A DNA stretch of 63,218 bases, filler included, from Nemertoderma westbladi (lineage: Eukaryota > Animalia > Xenacoelomorpha), in NCBI GenBank assembly GCA_032718475.1. It is 3 parts of 3 records of this genome, joined end to end, with 100 filler letters (N's around TTAATTAATTAA, not from the genome) between each part and the next. Parts side by side here need not be neighbours in the genome. Positions count along the whole stretch, not along the records: positions 1 to 29,541 come from JAUCBJ010002625.1; 2 more parts are not named here. The stretch is one strand, 5' to 3'. Both the position numbers and the translations under genes were made by a program. The notes beneath the pieces were generated by a model that was given only the letters and a program-made list of their open reading frames with translations, had not been told where the DNA came from and searched no databases. Shown here piece by piece: positions 14,550-26,958 of the stretch. Position 1 is the stretch's first letter. The number at the start of each line of letters is the position of its first letter.

Positions 14550-15601
14550 TTAAATTTCCACAATCACACTGCATGTTGTCTGTTTCCAGAATATAAACCT
14601 TACCTCTTGAAGCATTCCAAGGACCTGCCTGTGCATCTCTTTTTTCAAAGACGACAACTGTTCTTTATAACGTTTAAGCTTCTCATCCAGGTCTCTAATA
14701 ATCGTAGATTTCATGGAAATTGAATTGCAAATACAGGCTGTACTCCTAATCCTAGGGGGTTTGGATTAAAAACATGGTCTTGTATTATTAGTCTAATTCT
14801 ACAAATTACAAGTCAGATAATCTATTACTGTAGCACAAAACTCTCCAGAATAATAATATTGGTCTGGAATTATTAATCGACTCATAAATTCAGAGTAATT
14901 GTATTAGTTCTTCTAAAGAGTTTATAAAACACTACTAAATTTTCTAATCGTAATGTTCCAATAATTCCACAAAAAAGTCCTTAATTTAAAGTCTATATTT
15001 TTTATGCAACACCCACCCGATATCTTTACTCAGGTTATATAAACGTGGCTCCTTTATGCGACTTTGCTCACTCTCACGTTTTCGGTTGTATTCATCCCAA
15101 AGCCTATTAAGGTTTGCTATTTCCTTTTCTATATTAATTCTAGTCTTCGTCATTTTCTCCATGACTTTCTCTCGCAATGCTTCATATTTATTATTTAAGT
15201 TGGTAATTATCTTTTCGCGTACATTCAAGTTTGGAGCAAGGCAGTAATTGTTCATGTTATATTCCATACTGCCGATTACTGTAGTTATTGTAGGCCAACT
15301 TTACTACTGTACATTACTTACTACTGTACTACACAGAGGATTAGTTAAGGATCTCTCACATATTCTGAAAAATGTTCGTATTTTATGAGTTGCTTCTGCT
15401 GTCCCCCACAATTAATTATGTTACTATAGTGACAATGGCATTAATTTATTGAAAAAAATCATTAATTTTTGCTTTCTTACTAATATGAAGAGGAATCAAT
15501 TTTTCTAATTTATTGTTACTTAAGGTAACTACTGTAGTTGTTTTATGTTATCGCATTAAGATAAATAAAAAATTCACATATTGTACAGTAATTAGGAAAG
15601 A

Positions 15602-16028
15602 CCCGTTTCCGCGCAGCTTTTTTTTGAGCGGTATTTCTAGCATCTTTTCAAGCTTTTTTTGAGCTACATTTATAGCTTTTTTTTTAGCTTTTTCCAAGCT
15701 TTTTTTGAGCTACATTTATAGCTTTTTTTTTAGCTTTTTTCAAGCTTTTTTTGAGCTTTTTTTCAAGCTTGTTATGTCTATTCTAACGTTCAGTTAAAAT
15801 GAAGATATAATATGAATGGTCTAGAATTAGATAATTATGATATTCGACCCAGCTTTTTTTGAGCTTTTTTCAAGCTTTTTTTGAGCTTTTTTTTGGAGCT
15901 TTATTCTAGATTTTAGATTTTAGCATTCGAAAATTATCAGATTAATTTTGAAGCAATGAATTTCTAGAAATTGTTTTAACTAAAAAAAAGCTTGAAATAA
16001 ATCTCAAAAAAAAGCTGCGGAAACGGGC
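15602..16028. mobile_element. MITE with AGCT(T)n subterminal repeats
   Basis: Inverted ends CCCGTTTCCGC..AGCTTTTTTTTGAG / CTCAAAAAAAAGCTGCGGAAACGGG. Confidence 0.75.
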
Positions 16029-18131
16029 CTGAACTTTTAATACTGTAATGTCCTCAGTAAAATTGCTTAAAATTAATGGGAAAATATTTTAGGCACCTTT
16101 AACACTTTGGGCACCAGACCGTTAAAAGCACTCCCGCTACTGTCCCAGCATTTTAGGCGAAAAACCTGAGTTTGTTTATCATAGGCCTACATATCTACGC
16201 TTGTGTTGGTCCTAGAAGTTCAGATTTTAAATTTTTTGTCTCTTTGATTTATTTGTGTTTGCCTAAATTTCTTAAATACCGAGTTTGTGATACAGTAGAA
16301 TCACTCAATATTAATCTGTATATCATAACTGAGCCTCGTGCTGCGCGAAGGCCCTACGGACGTGTGCCCGTGCTGCTCTTTCTGTATGTAGTTTAATAAT
16401 TCTTACATTTTGGACTTGATGATACCCCAACGGGGAGAAATATATTAACATGTTAATTTTTATATCAACTTTCCTTAAACTGTTCGCTAAATCTCGCACC
16501 ACCCCCGCATCAATTATGGAACAATAAAATTTCTGATTCACCCAGGAAGGAGGACGTAGGTAAACGAACTGTATTTCTTTTTCAAATATTGTTGTACAGT
16601 AATCATCTGATAATTAATATCATCACGACGCAACATTTTTTAAGTTTTTAGGGGTGCACCAATTGTTCAACCGAAAATTTTGTTATTATTATCATGATAA
16701 TTGACGAGAAGATGAAATAATACGAATAATGTATTAGTGTGATCTCATTCAATTTAGAATAAGTAGGTCTATGGAATAAATAAATAGAATAAATAAATAA
16801 TTAATTAACATATAATTATCATCAGTAGGCCTAATAAATAATGTAAATTTAATTAATTTAATAAATTTGTAAGGAGCGGACATCATACGAAATCATAAAA
16901 ATTATTTAATAAAAATAAGCAAACGGTTATATGAAAATATAAATAAAAACACATGTTAATAAATACTTCAAGGGGTTGTAAGGTAAATAAAGTAAATTTT
17001 AATGTGCAGTAATATGTCATTTTATTCTACAAATGACTGAACCTACAGTATGATGCTACCGCCTACCGATAATACTGAATACTGTAATACAGTAATAGCA
17101 ATACTGCAATATAATAGCAGACAGGCAGAATAGGCCTAGCAGCCTAGTGTGAATTGAATTGGATCCGAGATCAAGAAAAATCGGTGCTCGAGCCCGGGCT
17201 CGCTGCGCTGTTTGCTGTTCGGTCGGTCTGTCGGTCAATCGATTCTCGATTGACATGAATGAGCGAGCCAGTGTATCGAGACCATATTCAATATTGTAAT
17301 TTCAACAAGTTTCAACCGATTTTTTTAATTAACCACAGGCACAGGCGAACTGACGAAGTACGGTTTTTATCTTGAGGCTTGTCAGCTTGTGGAACTGCCA
17401 GACTGCGGTGGTCTTAGAGAAAAGTCTGACCACTCTGAAAGTAGGCCCTCTTCAGTACTTGAATCCTTCTGTTTTATCCCTTTTTATACAATATGACATT
17501 ATTTGTTTACAAGACCAGAAGACTGCCAGAGGTCAAATGTTCGTTCAATTTTACTGTTTCTGGTTTTAATGTTTAATGTTAACAAAACAGCAAAATATAA
17601 GTTCACACCCCAATCAGCAGATCAGCCAATAGGCAGAAGGCAGATAGGGGTGGTGCGGCAGTATTAACCAGTTAACCCATAATACAGTAATAATGTTGTT
17701 ATCAGCTCTCTATCAGCTGATCAGTCTATTACAGTACAGCAGTATTACCGGTACCGGTACTACCTGACTACCTGACTACTGTACTATCAGACTATGAATT
17801 GTGAAGATGTTATTTGGTTTTCACTTGAGTTGTTTCCTACAATCAAGTTCGGTTGTCAATCACATTCCTCCAGATGACTCGAGTGAGATGTTATTCAGTT
17901 ATTATGATATTCAGTGCAGCAGTCTGGCAGTGCAATACAGCAATACCCCTATCTGCCTATTTTAGATACATGTACCAAAACTGAAGTTGTACTTCTAGGC
18001 CAGTACAGCAGTAGGCTGCTAGGAGATTTTAATTCCCGCACAGGGAGTTCACTTCACTAAGTAATCAAACTGTCAAAGTAATCAAACCTGTCAGCCTGTA
18101 AGATTGATGTTTGTTTTTACCGTGTACCGGA

Positions 18132-20035
18132 CAGTCGGTGAGAAGTCAAAAATTGGACTTCAAGTCCAATTTTAGACTTCAAGTCCAATTTTGGACTCCA
18201 AAGTCCAATATTGGACTTTAGTACAACTCCAAGTGTACCCATGCTGCCATACTGTATATCGGTATTTAAATCAAAACTGCATCCCGTATCAGTACATATA
18301 TATTACATAATTACAATGCAACATTATTTTAATGATCAAATTAATTATTATAAGTATTATAAGCAGGGATCGCACACGTACAGTCAGACATCAGTCTGTC
18401 AGTAGTTACTTTTTGCGGTAGTGGTATGGCTTTGCGGTAGCCTTACTTCCTTAGCAGTGTATACCGCGGTTGCGGTAGCGGTAGTTGAGTTATAGCTGTA
18501 TAGTTCATTCATACCCATACCTGTGGTATTTTCGTATGGCAAAAATAAGACTACTGAAAACTGTAACCTATTATGTAATTGAGTTAATGTTTATTGACTA
18601 ATTGTTTTGATTAGGTTCACTGTGTCAAGTACAATATACACATCTCTGCATCTACTCCAACCAGACACAATATAACATTGGAGTTGGAGGTGTCTCATTC
18701 GGTCATTGGTTCCCCCAAGCTTGACACTAGAACAAAGCCGCCGCCTCCGCACATCGCTTTTAAGCCGTGAGGACCAGCCAGTGCACCTCATGGAGTGAAT
18801 AAGCATGGTGGACAGCCCATGACTTTCTTGAGACGCATCTTTCTTACTGTCTTAAAGGACACTGGCCTTGAAAATGCGGATGATCTGATAGCAAATGTAC
18901 GTCATGGCCTCATGGGTGATAAGGCTGTAAGAGTGTAAGAGCTGAAGGGAGTTGTGGAGGCGCACTTTTGTCAACAAGCCGGCACAGCATTCTTAATACA
19001 GTAATAGGGTCTATATATATAATGCAGCTGTAATGCAGCATGCCGATTGTAGTAGTAGTATGTGGTGAGGTGATAGGGCTCCTTCAATTGGTAAAGTCAA
19101 AAGTGGCCGTTTATTGCTTTAGTTAGAAAAGCCTGCCTCTGTAACCTGTTCCTTTCCCTCAATTGGTTTATAATTATGACGTGTGTTACTTCTTACTTCT
19201 GTACTTATTATGTGGAGACCCCAACATGTTAATCTGTAATCAGTTACTAATCCCCTTTCATTATACAGCTGTTTTAAAACACCCTTCCTGTTGTATGGAA
19301 AAATTAGAAGAGATGGTGGTAGCATCAACTTGTTGTATTTCTTTCTGATAGGGCTCCCATAGGCTTAGACGAAATCATAGCTTGTACTGTAGTTAGCCTT
19401 AGCAGCAGCTGTTGTTGGCAAACCTGGCATTGCTACCAGTTTCCACCAAATATAATTTGTAATTAAATATTTGTTGGAGCATAATCTAATCTAGTCCTAA
19501 AGACTCTACTGCTCTAAAATCCTGGGTACATAAGGCTGTAAGGTTAGACATAACATGAATGTAAACAATATGCTAAAAGTAAAGTACAAAGTACCTAGAA
19601 TGCTAGAATGTACCATTTAGCCTATATTCTAAGTACAGTCTGAAGATACATACAGAGCTGCAAAGGTAACTTTCCATAACTTAATAGCTGTCCGGCTGTC
19701 TCTCATCTGTCATGCTTCATGTACCTTTAAGTTTGATTCTCAATGTCACATCCAAAATTAGACTTAAAGTCCAATATTGGACTTTTGTAAAAATTCAAAG
19801 CCTTATAAAAAAAGTTCCCCCTGGTGAATTTCAGGTCCCCCTGTTCAAAACTCTTATTTTTTGATATATTTTCGATTAAAAAAAAAAATCCCGCCCGATC
19901 CAATTACCCAAGGCCCTGGAACAATTGGCTGATTTGAAGTCCAATATTGGACTCACAGAAGTCCAATTTTGGACTTGAACTGGAGTCGAAGTCCAATTTT
20001 GGACTCAAGTCCAATTTTTGACTTCTCACCGACTG
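18132..20035. mobile_element. Non-autonomous TIR element with CAG ends and 5-bp TSD (hAT5-like)
   Basis: Perfect 29-bp TIR CAGTCGGTGAGAAGTCAAAAATTGGACTT; CCGGA at 18127-18131 and 20036-20040; multiple AAGTCCAATWTTGGACT subterminal palindromes. Confidence 0.85.
18660..19060 (+). mobile_element. Decayed RTE family B 3' fragment nested in the TIR element
   Basis: Reverse complement matches 34313-34650 with indels; ends in (TAG)n. Confidence 0.85.
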
Positions 20036-20597
20036 CCGGACTGCCAGAACTGCAGAAGAAAGTCAGACAGTGTTATTAACGTCCTGAACGTGTAACGCAG
20101 TAACGAACATGGTAAACTGGTAAACGTTTTGTGCCAGTCAGTGATATAGGCCCTACTGCCCTAGGTGATTTTGGACTTATTCCAATTTTGGAACTTTGTG
20201 CGAGGGTAGATTCTGAAATCGGAATACACTCCAAAATTGGACTTTTCTAAATTAAAAAAAAATATTTTAAAGTCCTGCAAGTATATTTCCATCATAAATT
20301 CTATCATTTTCCAATAAATAATGTTTTTTGTGCCAAATTTATTATTCCTACCATGCTTTTGCAGAAATTTATTCATACATTCCAAAATTGGACTTTGTTT
20401 GCAGAGATGCTATGTAGGATGACTGATGTAACCTGTCAGCCTGTAACACTAACAAGGTACAGGGGTCCGTCCATAAGCAGATAAGGCTATATGGGCATGA
20501 CTAGAGCTGTACCCCTTACCCTGTACAGCAAACAGCACAGTTGTACACTAGACAGCTAGAAGCTGAGAAGCACAGCTGCAGCGAGACCCTAGGCCAA

Positions 20598-20800
20598 GCA
20601 GCAGCTTGGTCTATTGGTGACATTCCTGGGCTTCCAATTAGGAAGCCCTGGTTCGATCCATAGATGGGGCACGTCAGCCTGGGCACGGTACAGTGCACGG
20701 GGGCAGCACTGTTTGAGCACAGCTGCACAGTGCTTTAAATGCTTCAGCCTAGACCAACCCTAGCTTTAAACCTTGTGAGTGGTCGATAAATGGGAACCAA
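20598..20800 (+). mobile_element. tRNA-derived SINE with a Deu/Nin-like central domain (decayed)
   Basis: A-box-like GCTTGGTCTATTGGT, B-box GGTTCGATCC at 20650-20659, then CCAACCCTAGCTTT...GGTCGATAAATGGGAACC. Confidence 0.55.
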
Positions 20801-20983
20801 GGCAACTTTGGAAAACGTAATGGAAGGTTTACTATGGAATATCATCCGTGGTGGTGAACAGGCATTCCTTGGCTTTATTAGCCCAAAAAGATTATTATAT
20901 TATTATTATAAAAGATTATTAATTATAGATTATATTATATTATATAAGATTATAGAAGAAAATAGATTATTATAAAAAATTAT

Positions 20984-21862
20984 AAACGTTTCAACAGCTT
21001 GTTACACAATGTTACAGTACAGCAGTATGCCACGTGCTGTGTGTGTGTGAAGGTCTCATAAACGTTTCAACAGCTTGTTACACAATCTTACAGTGCGCCA
21101 CGTTCTGCGCGAAGGCCTTTTAAACTTTTCAACACCTTGTTACACAATGTTACAGTACGTCACATGCTGCGCGAAGGTCTCAAACGTTTCAACAGATTGT
21201 TTCAGTATCTCACATAATGCGTGAAGGCGGCAGCGGTAAGGTATCTTAATCATTTCAACAGTTTGTTACACAATGTTGGAGTACACCACGTGCTGCGCGA
21301 AGGTCTCTTAAACTTTTCAACAGCTTGTTATCAATGTTACACTATGCCAATTGCTGCGCGAAGGTATCTTAAACGTTTTAACAGCTTGTTACACCATGTT
21401 ACAGTATACAACGTGCTGCGTGAAGGTCTCTTAAACGTTTTAACAGTTTGTTACACAATGTTGGAGTACACCACGTGCTGCGCGAAGGTCTCTTAAACTT
21501 TTCAACAGCTTGTTACACAATGTTACAGTACGTTACATGCTGCGCGAAGGTCTCAAACGTTTCAACAGATTGTTTCAGTATCTCACATAATGCGTGAAGG
21601 CGGGAAGGTATCTTAATCGTTTCAACAGATTGTTTCAGTACCCCACGTGCTGCGTGAAGGTCTATTAAACGTTCCAACAGCTTGTTAACAATGTTACAGT
21701 ACACCACGGGCTGCACGAAGGTTTCTTAAACGTTTTAACAGCTTGTTACACAATGTTGGAGTACGCCACGTGCTGCGCGAAGGTCTCTTAAACAATGTAA
21801 CAGCTTGTTACACAATGTTACAGTGCGCCATGTGCTGCGCCAATGTCTCTTAAACGTTTCAA
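20984..21862. repeat. Minisatellite, about 14 units of ~62 bp
   Basis: Consensus AAACGTTTCAACAGCTTGTTACACAATGTTACAGTACGCCACGTGCTGCGCGAAGGTCTCTT. Confidence 0.95.
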
Positions 21863-22069
21863 GATCCCAGATCCCATGAAGGGAGGTTGTTTATTATATT
21901 TGTTTATTTCTCAACTTGCCTTCTTTTTACCTTATACATTAACCCACTTATCCTAACACTAAAGCAACTAACCTCTGACGGTGGTTTTAGGTCTCCTCCA
22001 CTGCCTGCCTATTATTAATGGACGATTCCATTATTTTTGCAACAACTCGCGAACGGTGTATAGAAAAGC

Positions 22070-22840
22070 TGAAAAGGCAGAAATCCTACTTAAATTTTGT
22101 GATGAATTCAATATGAAGATTAACGCTAGCAAGACCAAATTTATGGCGATCAACAGATCAATGGTACCGCTGTTGACAAGTACGATATGTGCATTTATTC
22201 GGCTCCTCCGTATTGATACTCCGTATATTGATAATCCGTATTGCCTTATATTTACCTCGGTTCTTCCGTCACACATATGGGTGGTATTAATCGCGTGGTA
22301 GAGCTCCATGCCAAGGAAAAAATGAAACACCTTTCAAAGTTCCATGCATTTCTTTCTAAGAGGCAGCGGTTCTAGAGGCAGAAGTTAATTTAACCCTTTT
22401 TACTTGTGTGAAGGATGGATCGGCGCCATTTTTGCCCCCACTTCGAAACAGTATTTTTCAATGCTAAAGGCAGCAGTCGGGGTTCGTACCAAAACTTGTC
22501 ACAATATTCTGATATTGTAATGGTCGAAACAGGTCCCCTAATCCTACGAATATAATCCTCCGAAAGCAACGTAAACTCTTGTGCTCTATTTTAAAGGACC
22601 CCGCCCTTCATAGCCCAGTCAGTCTTTGCAATAAACTTAGCCCGGCAGTCGGGTACCCGTATGGGAAAATGTATCGATTCGTTGCTGTCCTCAGAAGAAG
22701 ACACCACGCGATTATTACAAGATGCAATACGATCCAGTGACTCTACGCGTCGTAAAGTATATAGAGAAATTAACCCTTCCCTCGTATCACCCACCCTTTA
22801 CGCCGAAAATTTGAAAATTGTTGAGGATGACGTGAGGATG
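22070..22840 (+). pseudogene. Old non-LTR RT relic (thumb/C-terminal region)
   Basis: FCDEFNMKINASKTKFM and RRKVYREINPSL motifs; many disruptions. Confidence 0.55.
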
Positions 22841-23518
22841 TGACAGTTTTTAAAGTATGCTTTGGATATTTTAGAGCAAAAATAGTTTACGCATTTAAAC
22901 CAATATAGTAGCATGTATTGAAAATTTACTAATATAAATTATTTTTTAAGAAATTATTTATTAACTACAGCCAGCTTAGATTTTGTTTATTAACAATAAT
23001 TAATTAATCAATTTATTTATATTATATTATATTTATAATTCTGTAATTTATCAATTTTTTTCGTTTTACAACTCCACTTGTGGTTTAAACTCATCCATAC
23101 GTTCTGTACTGTACTCTTTGTATTTTCCGGTGACATATAATTATTTGGATGATTTGTTTATTTCAATAATAGACACAGATTAACGTTTTACTAAGATTGT
23201 AGTTTTATGATTTAATGTGCCGTAATTTTTATCATTGCCAGTCCAGCAGTCGCCTGTGGTATATTTTTGTCTGTCTATCTTTAAGCATAATATATTGAGT
23301 GACATAGGCCAACATATTTCATCAATAAAATATCTAATATAGTCCAGTAGTCAGGTAGGCCTCGGTAGACACTTATCACTTATTGCCTTCTGGCTACTGG
23401 CTTTAGCTGACTAGAGCATAAAGCTGTAAATACTGAAAGAGTAAAACTGTAATACGACCGTTCCTCGATGTTGACGGTCAGACACTAGGTAGGACTTCCC
23501 AGCTACCTGTCTGTCGGT

Positions 23519-24190
23519 ATGTCGGAGCGGCCTCATTCTGACAATGGTACAGCCCTGCTAGCCGCGCAGCTATCTGACTCCAGTGACAGCGCCATGGAGA
23601 TGAGGGATTGTGGATCACAACCGTCGGCTAAACTCGATGTCGATATCGATGAAACCGAGGCTGGGTTCGACGAGTTGAGTCTGGAGCGTTACGCGCCGGT
23701 AGGAGCTGCGGCTGCGGACCCGGAGCCAGAGCGCTACCGCACCGAGACCGACGAGACGGATCAACTAAACATCTCTCTGCTTTCCCTAACTTCCCACTTC
23801 GCGCAGGTGCAGTTCCGTTTGAAGCAGATCTGCGCTGCGCCTCCGGAGGAGCGAGAGGCGATGCTGCGCGATCTGGAGGCGTTCGCACATCGCGGATGTC
23901 CCGATATGAGCGCGGTGCGACCGGTAACCGCCGGAGTCGAGACGCAGCGCAAGCAGAAGGAGTTGATACAGCAGCTGAAGGAGCAGCTGGAGGACGTGGA
24001 GAAGTTGGCTTACGAGACAGGGACCACGGAGGAACTGCCGACGTCTACGGTGCTCGAAAAACAGCGGGTTATTATGGAGGAGTTGCGGGATAAAATGGAT
24101 CTAGATATCGGAGTAATTGACAGGTTGACGAGAGATGAGTTAAAGGAGATGGTTAACGAGGCTGTGGGGAAGATAGTGAACCCTGGGAAG
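23519..24190 (+). CDS. RUNDC1: RUN domain-containing protein 1, coding exon 1 (224 codons)
   Basis: QLNISLLSLTSHFAQVQFRLKQI and LEAFAHRGCPD are RUNDC1 signatures; phase-0 donor AAG|GTTAGT at 24190/24191. Confidence 0.93.
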
Positions 24191-25878
24191 GTTAGTTACG
24201 CTGTCGAGTCCCAGTCCGCCAGTGATACCGATAAATACGATACAGTATGATAAACTAAATGACCAGGCCAGACCTATCCAAATACAGTGATAGCCGATAT
24301 GCTACTATAGCTGTGTTATTGACTATTAATTGTATTAAAAATAACACTCCGCCCACTCACATCATTTGATTTACAGATTTAATTTAAAAACGCCCATAAA
24401 CCGGTGTAACTGAGAATTTGCACACACCTAAGTGTATTCTCACTTCCGGTGTATTTTTCCCTACTGTATTTTAGCTCTCTCTAGTGAAAATCCCATGTTC
24501 CCCATTCCCACTTTATTAAATATTGGCCATGTGACTTCCTCTTCTACAGTACTTATTATATGCAAATCCCCAGCGCGTCTTTCTCTGTGTACTGGAGGTA
24601 TCTGTGGTCGTCTGTTCACTTAACTGTAGTCTTATATCGAATTTAAATTCTATTGAAGTTTAAAATATTATGGGGGTAAGAATTGGCTGAGGGGGGTTAA
24701 ATCTCACTAAAAGAAAAACCCAGAGAAGTTTCACCCCCGGTTAAATTACACTACACAATACAATGTTAATACTTCATACACATTCTAACCAAGGCATGTT
24801 GGGGCGCAGCCGATTGTTACAACGATGTACCGTACCGGTAGTTTACGTCTTCAGCGAATAAATAAAGATATAAAATTATAATAAAATAAAAGTTTAATAA
24901 TTACCACCATTAATTATTATTACTAGCACTATAGTACAGTACAGTACCGTACTACAGTACTATAAAGGCATTGATTAAAATGCAATGTAACCCCGAAGCT
25001 AAGGTACCGTAAATTAAAACACACTTCGACTGTTTAGTTCGTTGGTTGCCTTGCCTAGCTAATATGCCTTTATTTCCCGTTACTATGGAAACTAGTTTTG
25101 TCTGGAACTTTTAGAATGTTTATTTATTTGAACGTCTGTTTAAGGTGTAAAAGGTCTGTTCTCTAATATTCTGATCTGATATTTGATAATATTTTTTTGT
25201 AACTGGAATGATTATATATCCGGTGGTGAATCAGTTGAAAAGGCAATTTTGTGGAATTAAATATTACTTTCCGCTCTCTAGTATAACTTAACTGATTTTA
25301 GTGGTAGAAAGTATTTCTATTAGAAACTATTATTAGAAGTCACTTTGGGAGTAACGTAGTACACTACGTCTGTTGTGCAATATCGCAATTGGCGTACCGG
25401 AAAAGTTAATCTACCAGGTTAATTATTGACGGCCCGAAACCGAATTAAAAGTGTCCATGTATTCCAAACATTAAGTCATAACGCACTAATCTAATATATT
25501 TTGTGGAATTTCGGACAGTACCGGTACTATTGGCCTTTCGTGGAACATCCGAAATTCCACAACATTTATTATATTAATTTATTAGATTAGGCCGCCTGCA
25601 ATGCATTACGACATATTTTTAACCACAATACTTATTTGAATCGATCCTCATAGCAAGTCTGCAATACGTACCATTACTATTTACTTCATATCCATAACCA
25701 ATAACCATATGCACCACACAGCCACATGTACACTGTACACAATTAATCAATAATAAATACAACTTTAGTTTATTGTTTAATGTATATCATAGAAATGCTT
25801 TTGGCTTTCAGTTTCACTTTTCTAACAATAATTACTATTACTATGGTGATTAAATTCAATAAGTAATTTATTTTTAAG

Positions 25879-26958
25879 GTTAAGGAACAGCTGCTTTATC
25901 ACATGCAGACACAAATAGTAGACCTGGAAGCCTTCATTGAGTTCCTAAAGGTTGAATCGAACCAGCCTCGGTCTGAGGGTGCCTCGGTTGCGTTGCCGGG
26001 TAACATCCAACGCGAGGGCTGCGTGTGTCCGGTGCACAGCCCTGTCCGGGACAGGGAGGAGCGTCCGGAGTCTCGGAAGCGACCCCGGAGGAGTCTGGAA
26101 GATCACGCCGAAATGGTCCGACGGGCGCTCGCCGTCATGCAGATATACGTGACTTCACACTTCGGTTGCGTGTCCCAGTTCCGGGACCGGGTCCCCGCCC
26201 CAGCGGGGGCGGCAACCGGGACGCCCTGCGACGGACTCGTTAACAAACTCCGGGACGTCGTCAGCGTCATCCTCGAGTTGCAGGAGATCGAGTTGCGCTC
26301 GGACAGCGACTACACGTCGGACAGTTCGGACACGCCGGTCATACACCGGTACAACGTGCAGCTGGTGCGGAGCGTGCGCAAAGAGTTGGCGACCACGCTG
26401 CGGGACATCCTGGGCCACGGGTTGGTCCGTGTGAGCGAGTCGCGTACGCTGATAGCGCCGCTTAGCGGTTGCTTCGTGCACCGAGGGGTGGGCGGCGGGG
26501 CGGTGCCCAGCGGGGGCGGCAGTCTCCATCCTTGGGAGTTGTTTCTGAAATACTACGAGGCGAAGAACGGCGAGAAGTTTAATAAAAGTCCCGCGAGGAA
26601 GTTGAGTCAGTCGTTCCGACTCGATATAGTCGGAGGCTCGGTGGTTACCTCCAAACAGATGTTACTTACTACTATACACTCGATCCTGAGCAGTCACACC
26701 CCCTACGGGTGTAGCAACGACACCCAATGGAAGGCGTTCGTGTGCCACGCCCTCAATGCGCACAAACTGTCGGTCTGGTGTCGGTTAGTCAGTCGGTGTC
26801 AGTCCCTCGTGGAGACCTACTACACCAGTTGGTCCTACGTTAATATGACCGGCTTGGATCCGGTTTGCACTATTCTAGAACGGCTTTCCTCCCAGAGTTT
26901 CTCCCTCCCCGCTGATGTAGCCGTTCGGCCGTACAACACCATCCGCGACGCGTTCTAG
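25879..26958 (+). CDS. RUNDC1: RUNDC1 coding exon 2 (RUN domain)
   Basis: Acceptor TTTTTAAG|GTT restores IVNPGK-VKEQLL..MQTQIVDLE.FI; HPWELFLKYYEAKNG, PARKLSQSF, KAFVCHALN and C-terminal IRDAF; AATAAA at 27142-27147; spliced product 583 aa. Confidence 0.93.
   Translation, partial: VKEQLLYHMQTQIVDLEAFIEFLKVESNQPRSEGASVALPGNIQREGCVCPVHSPVRDREERPESRKRPRRSLEDHAEMVRRALAVMQIYVTSHFGCVSQFRDRVPAPAGAATGTPCDGLVNKLRDVVSVILELQEIELRSDSDYTSDSSDTPVIHRYNVQLVRSVRKELATTLRDILGHGLVRVSESRTLIAPLSGCFVHRGVGGGAVPSGGGSLHPWELFLKYYEAKNGEKFNKSPARKLSQSFRLDIVGGSVVTSKQMLLTTIHSILSSHTPYGCSNDTQWKAFVCHALNAHKLSVWCRLVSRCQSLVETYYTSWSYVNMTGLDPVCTILERLSSQSFSLPADVAVRPYNTIRDAF

Noticed and set aside
14986-15267. 93-aa charged coiled-coil-like ORF
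   Set aside because: No recognisable motif or second copy, so a call cannot be supported
20984-21862. CRISPR-like periodic array
   Set aside because: Whole units are homologous, with no unique spacers and no cas genes, in a eukaryotic context
24191-24250. C-terminal 19 aa of ORF 23519-24250
   Set aside because: Intron read-through past the GT donor
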